Assembly: GCF_004010195.1 (NCBI RefSeq)
Contig: NC_057745.1
Span: forward strand, 1,384,640 to 1,448,639
Length of the DNA stretch: 64,000 nucleotides
Origin: Chiloscyllium plagiosum
Taxonomy: Eukaryota
Reading direction: 5' to 3'
The number at the start of each line of letters is the position of its first letter. Within the stretch, counting starts at the first letter, position 1. This document shows positions 27,151-36,799 of this stretch, piece after piece. Both the position numbers and the translations under genes were made by a program. Below the pieces are notes generated by a model. It saw only the letters and a list, made by a program, of their open reading frames with translations, was not told where the DNA came from and made no database searches.

Positions 27151-27646
27151 TTTAAAGATGAGGCTATTGATTCCTTATATTATTGAATTAGATCATACTT
27201 TATCAGTACATTAACTCAGAGCGTACATTCATCACCCTTAGCCTTGCCTAACAAAAATATATCAATCTGAATTTTTTTAATTTTCAGTTATCTGGCAGCC
27301 ATAACAGCTTTGTGCAGTAGAATTCACATTTTCAAGTACGCCGCGTGTGAAGTGCTTCCTGACTTCACCCCTGAGTAACCTAGTTTTGAATTTAAGGTTA
27401 AACCTCCTTGTTTTGGATTTCCTCCGTATTGGTTTCTCTCTAACTAATATACTGAATAATTTAACTATCTTAAAACACCTTGGATGACCCTGAAAATCTT
27501 CTGTACTGAAAGATAGGGAACATGACAACTATTGAATATAGATTCTTTAATCTCTGTAGAGAGAGATATTAGCAGTCTAATTGAAATCATTAATTTGGAT
27601 TTTCAGAAACTAATATGACTTTTACAATGTGTTATTTTTCCTTCAG

Positions 27647-28465
27647 TGTCTTCAGGTAGTAGGCAGCCTCAAAATCCTGAAACCAAGTGGCAATCTGTGA
27701 ATTCAATATTCAGGAAACATAACAACACAAAAATGTCAACTAAAGAGGTAAAACTAGACATAGAAAAAAGGATTTCAGACAACATAACTCGCTCCAGTTA
27801 CCATAACTTAAGGACATTTCTGTGGAGCTTTTTGGATCCTGCCCATCATGTTGGAGCTTCCTCAATGGATTCTGCTGTACTGGAGGCCATTCAATTGGCA
27901 ATGACTAGTGCAACTCAAGCAAACAAATGGGAATTTTATTACATGATCTGGCAAGTTCTGTTCAGCAGTCAGGTTGGAGCTACAAGTTCAGAGCTGGACA
28001 AACGACTGCCCCAGATGCTTTTCTATCTCTTTCAGGACTCTACATCTTTCTTTGCATTTGTTGAAAAATTGTTGAAGCCATTGGGAGTCGACTGGAAAGT
28101 TGCCCTGAGGTCCATACAGAGTGAAGTCTGTTACATTACTTCAACCATGAGCAGAAGATCCTTCAGTGAACACATCAGAGTGTTTCTTGCACCCAGTGTG
28201 AAGTCAAATAGGTCAAGAATGGGGACTGATGCCTTCAATATTCAAAATATACTGTTGAATTTCATTAAGAAGCTGCATCAAGTCTTTTTCAATGAGTTAA
28301 AGCCCATTTGGTATTTCTTTGGTCAGAATGTGTTCCCGTTGTTTGAATCTTATATTGGTCGCAGTACAAAGCAAATCCTTTTGAAGCTAACAGACTTTAT
28401 CTTGGAACAAATGCTATTGTCGACCAGCACAATTAAACTGGATGTTAAAGGACAGTGTTCCCAAG
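27647..28465 (+). CDS. STRC: Stereocilin-family gene exon 2
   Basis: ttttccttcag|TG...CAAG|gtaaga; 819 nt open; ends KLDVKGQCSQ(G), matching human STRC EPDTNGQCQG as recalled; phase 1/1. Confidence 0.88.
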
Positions 28466-30004
28466 GTAAGAAGTCGTATTATTTCGCATTTTTTCCATAA
28501 ATTCTTTCCTATTGAAGATGTGAGCTTCTAGCAATTTTTTTTATTTGAGGCGAGAGCAGTAAAAGATTCAGTTATTTCAAAATGAGTGCCAATCAAACTC
28601 CGCCCAGTATCAACTCTCAATATTATCATACCCTTACTTATTCTTATCTGCAGTCACTTGCTTTCTCCATATCCTGCCCTCTCTGAATCTCGCCCGGCAC
28701 CTGAGTCTAACCTACTTTGCTACTGTGCCTCTCCTCCACTCCCTCTTGCTGTCCCTACTGGCAAACACTTGAAAGCAACTAACTCTGCTCCCAGACTAGA
28801 GACAGTTGGATTGATATTCTTAAATTAAAAAGTGTGCTATAAATCTTAGAAGCATCTGTGGAGAAAGAAGCAGTTAATGCAGTTAATGTTTCATATTGAG
28901 TGGATACTACTTAAGAAAACATCTTTGACCTTGAAATATTAACTATTTTTCTCTCTTTACAGATACTGTCAGACCAGTATTTCCAGCATGTACACTTTTT
29001 ATTTCAGACTTCCAGCACCTGCTGTATTTGTTTTTAGTTTGGATGATGTCCTTCCCTTTCTGTTGGCTTCACAGACCCTATTTATATTAAGGTTGTGTGG
29101 TCACACCTGGCCTGTAGAGAATCTGATTCCACAATTGAAAGTATTACACAATATCAAGTGTACAAGCTTCGCTTGTCATAAAACACTCTAGTTTTTGATA
29201 ACCTGGATGTGATCTAAAAAGGAAAATTCCACAGGAAGGATACTTGCCAAAAGAGGATCCTAATCATTTTGTTTGCCCAGTGAATCAAGGGTCAAAATTT
29301 CCTCTAGATCAGGAAATTGTATGTCCTAGTTTCAGTGCAGTACCTTGAATATACAACTTAGACTGGCACTCCCACTGCAGTAGTGAGGGAATTTTGCACT
29401 GTCCGAGATGCCATCTTTGGATTGACACATCTGCCCATCAGAGGAATGTAAAAGATCCCATGCTGTCTATTCAAAGTGAAGCAGAGAAGTTTTCATCAAT
29501 GTGCTGGGCCAATATTTATTTCACAATCCACATCACTAAAATCTCACATTATCTAGTCATTAGCACAATGGTTTCCTGCGTGCAAATTGACTGCTGTATT
29601 TTCTACACTAAAGGAGAAATTGCATTTCAAAAGTATTTATTATTGTAAATTGCTACATTTTTTAAAAAGTTGCTATAGAAATGCTGCAGGACTTTTTTAA
29701 ACCTACATTTACCCCTGAACTGTACCTAGCAGCAGCATCAGGATAATCTGTCCACTGTTAGATCTCTTTGTTTTGCATCATTATAACACTATATCTGTTA
29801 CTGCACTGTCCGCTGTCCACTTTCACATTCCTATGGTCGCTTCTCAATCAATCCCTTCTTCCTGTGCCTAAATCTTCTGTTTTCTGTCTTCATCTTTGTT
29901 CAAATGTTACTGTGTCTGTGTGGAAGTCCCATTACAATTTGATGCCTAATGCTTACCTTTCATATCCTTTGTTTTTTTATACTGTTGATGTATTGTTTTT
30001 ACAG

Positions 30005-30029
30005 GGAATCTGAACCAGCTCCTCATTTG
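30005..30029 (+). CDS. STRC: Stereocilin-family gene exon 3 (25-nt micro-exon)
   Basis: ttttacag|GG...TG|gtgagt; (G)NLNQLLI(W) versus human STRC GNLQQLLLW; phase 1/2. Confidence 0.9.
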
Positions 30030-30566
30030 GTGAGTTACCAAGCAGTCTGCATTAATTAATTGATTTGGTAGTATGAGTTTCCAATTCATCTCTCATTGCC
30101 TGTTTATAAGTATAAGCAAATATAAATATTGTCTTGTCTGCTCTTTCCCTTATGATATTAAATGGCCCTATATCTAATCTGAAGTATATAAAGACTTTTC
30201 ATTTATACCAAAACCCTTCTTTTAACTGTTTCTGTGCTTGAGTGTAGGTCACAGTGAATGCTGGTCCACACAGTGAATGCTGGTCCACACAGTGGAGGCA
30301 TTCCCCAGTACTACACCATTCCTGCCACATGTGCCCTCTGCTTGAGAACCCAGGGTTGTTACAGCCAATTGTTTAAGGCTGTCTGATGGCTCAGTTTGAT
30401 TAAGTAAGATGAACCTTGGACCTGATGAGATGGTGGGTGAGGTGAGAGTTCTGTGATAGGCAGTCAGCATCATCGAGAGGTGAGGAGTCAGAGAACGCAG
30501 TCAACATCACTGAGATCCTTGTAGGGAAGTAACCAGACTGGCAGGCGCCTAAAGTAAGACTTGGGA

Positions 30567-30604
30567 TCTCTTCAGATCGTATGAATCTTTCGCCTTTTAC
30601 TAAA
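30567..30604 (+). pseudogene. U5 snRNA fragment (5' part including loop 1)
   Basis: TCTCTTCAGATCGtATgAATCTTTCGCCTTTTACTAAA versus recalled vertebrate U5 TCTCTTCAGATCGCATAAATCTTTCGCCTTTTACTAAA (2 mismatches in 38); invariant loop-1 GCCTTTTAC at 30592-30600. Confidence 0.88.
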
Positions 30605-30608
30605 TACG

Positions 30609-30639
30609 TCTCGGCCTTTTGGCTCGGAATATGTGTAGT
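30609..30639 (+). pseudogene. U2 snRNA-like fragment (U2 nt ~7-37)
   Basis: TCTCGGCCTTTTGGCT-(8 nt)-GTGTAGT has the same blocks and spacing as U2 TCTCGGCCTTTTGGCT-AAGATCAA-GTGTAGT; the 8-nt spacer is diverged. Confidence 0.75.
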
Positions 30640-30875
30640 TCCTGAGGACCAGAGGAAGAGATTCTGCTCGAGTGCTGTCGGTTCAACGCAGCGGACGTGT
30701 GCTGGCGGGGGAGAAACCACGGGGATCGTGTTGTGAGTCGTCGGAGCTGCTGGAGACCATCGCTGGATCGTGATTGGACATTGGAGGATCGTTTGGTTGT
30801 GCTGACCTGCACTTGGTGGATCTTTATGCTGGCTTCGGCCTAATGCCAATTCAGGTACCAGCCAACCTCAGAGCT

Positions 30876-32863
30876 ATGGCCTCAGCAGCTGCTCGCAGCC
30901 CTGGCCAGGGCATTCGCAACACAGTCAGGGTGACTGTGAAGAAGGTGGAGGAGCACACACCGGTCGATCGGACAGTGTTCGTGAAGAAGATTTTGCTGGA
31001 GTGACGCGGGTTTGAAGCAGCGGACGTGTACTTGGTCAAGGTGGCGCTGAATGCAACGAATCCGTCTCAGCTGCTGCCTCTCGAGTTGGTGGACAAATGC
31101 ATTGGCTCGCGGATTCATATTGTTATGAAAAATGATAAGGAGATTGTCGGAACACTGCTTGGTTTTGATGATTTTGTCAACATGGTGCTTGAAGATGTTA
31201 CTGAATTTGAGATCACACCAGAAGGCAGAAGAATCACAAAACTGGACCAAATCCTATTGAATGGAAATAACATAACGATGCTTATTCCTGGTGGTGAAGG
31301 TCCTGAAGTATGAATGGAACCCTCTTTCAACTAAGTGAATTTTTGATTCATGTACTTCTGTTTTATGTTCACTTCTGTTTATGACAGTTTTTTTAAGAGT
31401 TTATTTTTTATGACTCCTTGCAAAAACTTGCATTTATTTTGTAGCTGGAACAAATGTATTGTCTCAGAAATGAGAGGTGAATCATGTTTGAGTGTATGCA
31501 AAACTTGATTTATTTTTAAAGAGAAAATAAAGGGTTTTCTTTTTCACTTAAAAAAAAAAGGACGTGTACTGCCTGCAGGATTTCCCTGTGGCAGGCTATT
31601 TCGATGTGACCTTCAGGAGCGTGAAGAATTGCGAGCAGCTCCTGAAGGTCTTCAAGGAGAAGGAAGGGGAACCTCTGTTCTCCATCTTGTCGACGGTCCC
31701 GTTGTGTGTGCTTCCTGCACAGAGGAGTCGGGTTGTAACAATCCAAATGTACAACCCTCACATCCCAGCAGCAGATGTCCTGACCTTCTTGAGGAGATAC
31801 GTCCAGGTCGAGGGAGAGAGTACCGATGTGGTCGATCCTTTCGGGATCTGGATCAGCAAACGACAGGTCAGGGTAACCCTGAGGGTCGATGCCAGTGGGA
31901 ACATCCTCCACCCACCCTCCAGCTTTGCCATCGGAGGAAGCAGAGGTTACCTGACATACACAGGGCAGCCAAAAGTGTGCCGAACCTGCAGGAGGTCAGA
32001 CCACATGGTGGCGGATTGTAAGGTGACCGTCTGCCGAAACTGCAAGCAGGAAGGCCACCCGATCAAGGAATGTAAGGAGGCCAAGAACTGTAATCTGTGC
32101 GGAGAGGCGGGCCACATGTACAAGGCCTGCCCAAGACGAGGGGCCGCCACCTATGCACAGATGGCCGGAGGTGGCAACATGAGCCGTGGACCGCCTAAGA
32201 CCAGCAAGGTACCACAAAACAGCACGGGAACGGTGTCTGGAGGCAGCCTGAAGGAAGGGCAGGCTGTAGCGGAGCAGACGGCAGACATCGGGGAGATGCA
32301 GCAGCCGATCCAAACTCCTTCAAGACAGACGGAGGAAATGGAAGAGGAGGGAACAAAGGAGGCAGAGGATTGGATTACTGTCAAAAGCAGGAAGAGGAAA
32401 CCTCCTAAAGCCACCCAGCGAAGGGGGAAGTGACACCTACACGACGAAGATACAGGCAGCTCTTCCGACGGTGAGGACGGGCGCAAGGAGGGTCGTCACC
32501 AGAGGAAGAGACAGCGCTGCGGGGAAAAAGGGCAGCACCGCCCAAGCAGGAAAGGACGATCCCTCTGAGGGGATGGGTAAAGCCCTCCCCCCACCCGGTG
32601 AGAACCAAGAGGTACCCACCGGCCCACAGCTCCAGGTAACTGGGAGCAGCGGTCCTGTGACAGCCCCGCTGTCAGATGGAAAACTGGACTATGCGGACCC
32701 TGGGCCCGACCCGAAGACACCAGAGCGGGGAAATGGCTTCAGCGTGGAGCCGGACACCTACCTCAGCCCTGGGAGGTCCAGCAGTTTGCCGTCACCATGG
32801 GGATGCACACAGCTACCCCAGAGGGGCAAGACCAGCAGCAAATGGACAGTGTCAACCTTGTAA
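30876..32863 (+). pseudogene. Tx1 ORF1 (gag-like, ZCCHC3-like), disrupted
   Basis: MASAAARSPGQGIRNTVRV...; TGA at 31002-31004; LSM5 insert at 31033-31559; resumes DVYCLQDFP...YFDVTF; knuckles CRTCRRSDHMVADC, CRNCKQEGHPIKEC, CNLCGEAGHMYKAC; stop at 32431-32433; true 3' end uncertain. Confidence 0.85.
31033..31559 (+). pseudogene. LSM5: LSM5 processed pseudogene (retrocopy); coding part 31041-31313
   Basis: Intronless (V)[29 protein letters not shown]...[19 protein letters not shown], near-identical to LSm5; start codon reads GTG in CAAGGTGGCG; 3'UTR, AATAAA 31526-31531, A10 at 31550-31559; TSD GGACGTGTACT at 31022-31032 and 31560-31570. Confidence 0.95.
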
Positions 32864-32872
32864 GCTGTTAAA

Positions 32873-35800
32873 ATGGGGTTAAAAATTGCCAGCATCAATG
32901 TGCGTAGCATCAAATCGGCTACGCGATGTGTTTCTACGATGGCCTTCCTGGCCAACGTTAAAGCCGACGTCCTGTTTCTGCAGAAGTGTGGGATACCGCA
33001 CCTCAGCAGCTACAGGAGATGGTCGAGCTTGTGGGCCCATGGGCCGTCAGTTTGATCGGGGGGCAACGATAGCCGCGCCTCCGGCCTGGGTATCCTGTTG
33101 CGAGGAGGCAACTTCACCATCTCCGAGGTTAAGGAGGTGGTGGGCGGGCGCCTCCTCGTCGCCGACGTCACGTACAGGAATGCTCCCCTGAGACTGATTA
33201 ATGTGTATGCCCCAGTGGGTAAGAGTGAACGGTTGGCTGTCCTGCAGCAGCTTCCACTGTTGCTGGCTACGTCCAGGCCGGTCATTCTGGCCGGAGACTT
33301 CAACTGTATCATTGATGCAGATGGACGATCCGGCGGGGGGAACAGTAAACTGAACACCACGTCCATAGCCCTGATGGACACGGTAAAAGATGCCAAGCTG
33401 CACGACGTCTTCAGCACCCCTGCAGATGGAGCGCGGCATAGATACACCTGGTCACGGGCAGACGGGTCTATCCGCTCAAGGATAGATTATCTATTTGTGT
33501 CCCGAACGTTCTTGGTCAGATCCACCGACATCAAGCCGGTGTTCTTCTCTGACCACTGCCTCCTGCAGGCCGACTGTCACCTACAGGACGAGCAGCGGGC
33601 TGGTAAGGGAACGTGGAAGCTGAACACAAAGCTGTTGACCCTGGGAAACGTTGAGGAGCTCAAGAGGGACTATGCAGGTTGGAGAACAGTGAAGCCCCTC
33701 TTTGAGTCCCCAGCAGACTGGTGGGAAACAGTAAAAGGGAACATCAAGAGGTTCTTCATCCTCAAAGGTGTTCAGGAGGCGAGAGAGAGGCGGGGAAAAC
33801 TGTCCCAGCTCCAGGAAAGTATGCAGAACCTGCTCCTGCTGCAGACGATGGGGGTGGATGTCACGGAGGACCTCAACAGCCTGAAGGAAGAAGATGGCTA
33901 GATAACGTCATCTCAGGCTGACGTCATGAGGATCAGTAAATCCTTCTATGCCAGTCTGTATGACGCGAAGCCGACCGACAGCGCGGCCTCCCAGTCGTTC
34001 CTGTCCTCTATCATGGAGGTCTTAGACGACAGAACACGCGAGAGGCTGGACCAGCCGCTATCTCTGGACGAGCTGACCAAGGCCGTCGAGTCCTTCGAAA
34101 AGAATAAAACTCCCGGATGCGACGGCTTACCGGTCGAGATCTATTCTGCTCTGTGGGACTTGATTGGCCAGGACATGCTGGAGGTGTATGTCAGTATGCT
34201 TCGAGCAGGTACCATGAGTGAATCCATGAGGAAAGGCATCATCACCCTCATCTACAAGCGGAGGGGGGAGAAGGAGGAACTCAAAAATTGGAGACCAATC
34301 TCACTATTGAATGCAGATTACAAAATTCTGTCAAAGGTAATCGCCAACCGGGTCAGGTCTGCTCTAGGGTCTGTGATTCACCCTGACCAAACCTGTGTTG
34401 TGCCGGGCAGGAAGATCGCTGAGAGTCTCTCACTCCTCAGGGATACGATCGCCTATGTGTAGGTCAGAGGGTTGGACACCTGCCTGATCAGCCTGGACCA
34501 GGAGAAAGCCTTTGACAGGATATCACACAGGTATATGAGAGATGTTCTCTCCAAAATGGGCGTTGGGGAGGGAATCTGCAATTTTATCAGACTGCTCTAC
34601 ACCAACATTGTCAGTGCAGTTTCAATCAATGGGTGGGAATCAGATAGCTTCCCAGTCAGATCTGGAGTCAGGCAGGGCTGCCCTCTCTCTCCTGCCTTGT
34701 TTGTGTGCTGCATAGAGCCATTTGCCGAGTCCATCAGGAAGGATGTGAGCCTGAGAGGGGTGACTATTCCCGGCAGCGGGGGCCTGCAAGTTAAGGCCTC
34801 CCTGTACATGGATGACGCCGCCGTTTTCTGCTTGGATCCGCTGTCCGTGCGCAGACTCATGTGCATATGTGACCAGTTCGAACGGGCCTCGGGGGCCAAG
34901 GTAAACTGAGGCAAGAGCGAGGCCATGCTCTTTGGGAACTGGGCCGACCAATCCTCGATCCCCTTCACCGTCAGGACCGACCACCTGAAGGTGCTGGGTA
35001 TTTGGTTCGGGGGAGCTGGGTTGTGCACCAAGTCTTGGGAGGAGCGTATCAGCAAAGTGAGGCAGAAACTGGGCAGATGGAAGCTTCAGTCGCTCTCCAT
35101 CACGTGGAAAAAACCTGGTCATCAGGTGTGAGGCACTGTCATTGCTATTATACGTGGCACAGGTCTGACCTATTCCCAGAACCTGTGCCGCTGCAGTCAC
35201 CCGGGCTATCTTCCAGTTTATATGGAGGTCAAAGATGGACCGGGTCCAAAGGGACTCGCTGTACAAAGATCTGGGCAACGGGGGAAAAAAATACACCCAA
35301 TGCCACCCTCACCCTGATGGCCACCTTTGTGTGTGGCTGCATCAAGCTGAGCATGGATCTCCGGTACGCAAACACCAAGTGTCACTACGTACTGAGGTTC
35401 TACCTGTCCCCGGTGTTGCGAAGGATGGGCCTGGCCTCGCTGCCGCGGAAAGCTCCGAGTAGTTGGACCGTTCCGTATCACCTGTCCTTCGTGGAGAAGT
35501 TTATGAAGAAAAACACCTTTGACCACAAGTCCATCAGGAAGTGGTCAGCACGTAGTGTCCTTGAGACCCTTCGGGAAAAGGAGAGGGCGGATCCTATCGA
35601 GCGGTTCCCTGAGCAGACTGTCAAAGCCATTTGGCAGAATGCCTCATTGCCAGAACTTTCCAACAAGCACCAAGACATGGCTTGGCTGGTGGTGAGAAGG
35701 GCTCTGCCTGTGAGATCCTTTATGCACGCCCGGACTCTCAGCCGCACCGCACGCTGCCCTCGAAGTGGCTGCGGGGGGGGAAGGAGACTGTCACACACCT

Positions 35801-36145
35801 CCTTCTGGAATGTGCCAACGCAGAAGAAGTCTGGCGAGGAATGCAGTGGTGTTTGTCGAGGTTCGTCCTGAGCAGCGCCGTGACGTGGGACTCCGTGCTC
35901 TACGGCCTGTTCCCCGGGACGCACACCCAGACAAACATCAACTGTGTCTGGAGGATCATCAACTCGGTGAAGGACGCTCTCTGGGCGGTCCGAAACCTGT
36001 TGATCTTCCAGCTAAAGGAGTTGACCCCGACTGAGTGTTGCAGACTGGCACATTCCAAGATCCAGGGCTACGTGTTGAGGGACACGCTGAAGCTTGGGGC
36101 AGCTGCTGCCAAGGCGCGGTGGGAAAAGACATCTGCCTGCCTAAG
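32873..36145 (+). pseudogene. Tx1 ORF2 (APE endonuclease + reverse transcriptase + C-terminal CCHC), several stops and frameshifts
   Basis: KIASINVRSI, VLFLQ, AGDFN, RIDY, SDH; KTPGCDGLP, NWRPISLLNADYKI, LDQEKAFD, GVRQGCPLSP, YMDD; CPRSGC..ETVTHLLLEC. Stops at 33053, 33899, 34460, 34907. Confidence 0.92.
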
Positions 36146-36799
36146 AAGAACAGGGGGCCCACGTAGTCATTTGGGATTTGCCGACGCCTCCGCTGAAAAT
36201 GTAATCGTACAGACCTGTAAATAGGAATGGTTACTCTGTTTTCGGTATGCAAACAAATGGAATGTTTACATATGTATGGCATGTCCAGTTGTACAGATCA
36301 TCAAAGTATTTTATGAATAAAGTATATTTTTGAAATAAAAAAAGACTTGGGACAAAACAAGAATAGGATTTTTCAAGTCTACATTTAAATAGGCACAAGG
36401 ATGAAGCAAACACAAAGGCTCTATATTCTAACAAAATATTGTAGATGCTGGAAATCTAAAACACAAACATAAACTGCTGGAGCAACATAGCAAGTCTGGC
36501 AGCATCTGTGAAGAAAAACAGCATTAATGTTTCAAGTCCAATAGAACTCACTTCAGAACGGAAAGAGGTTGGAAAGTGGTGGTTTTAATTCTGTAAATAA
36601 AGATAGAGGAGAAGCAAGAGGAGCGGATGTTGTGGATGCTCAGAGCTAAAAACAATGGGGTGGTAATTGTGGTGAAAGAGAAGTAGAGCTTTAACTGAAT
36701 GTGTGAATGGTGTGAAAATAGGTCTTCTGAGAGCAAACAAATCATGGCTCATGATTTAACAAAAAGGGCAGAGGTCATGCTCTGAAGTTGTGGAATTCA

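Larger units (their letters stand above)
30567..36341 (+). mobile_element. Near full-length Tx1-clade (L1 group) non-LTR retrotransposon with snRNA-derived 5' end
   Basis: TSD AAGACTTGGGA at 30556-30566 and 36342-36352; ORF1 with 3 CCHC knuckles; ORF2 APE-RT-CCHC; AATAAA 36316-36321 and A-rich tail; markedly more GC-rich than flanks. Confidence 0.93.

Noticed and set aside
30250-30294. 19-bp tandem duplication CACAGTGAATGCTGGTCCA x2
   Set aside because: Simple local slippage; no spacers, not CRISPR-like.
30567-30639. Functional U5 or U2 snRNA genes
   Set aside because: Only 31-38-nt fragments, with no Sm site or 3' stem-loops, lying inside the LINE's TSDs.
31002-31004. TGA as a selenocysteine codon
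   Set aside because: No SECIS recognised, and the element has several other nonsense mutations.
31026-31313. LSM5 as the functional host gene
   Set aside because: Intronless, with poly(A), TSD and no ATG, sitting inside a LINE: a retrocopy.
30567-31559. A dedicated 'mobile spliceosome module' (snRNA head + LSm5) as an evolved system
   Set aside because: LSM5 has its own TSD, so it was a separate event. LSm2-8 binds U6 rather than U2/U5. One copy cannot show selection; kept only as testable hypotheses in the findings.
31516-36282. Many overlapping antisense and alternate-frame ORFs in the Tx1 element
   Set aside because: Expected shadows of GC-rich coding sequence; no independent motifs.
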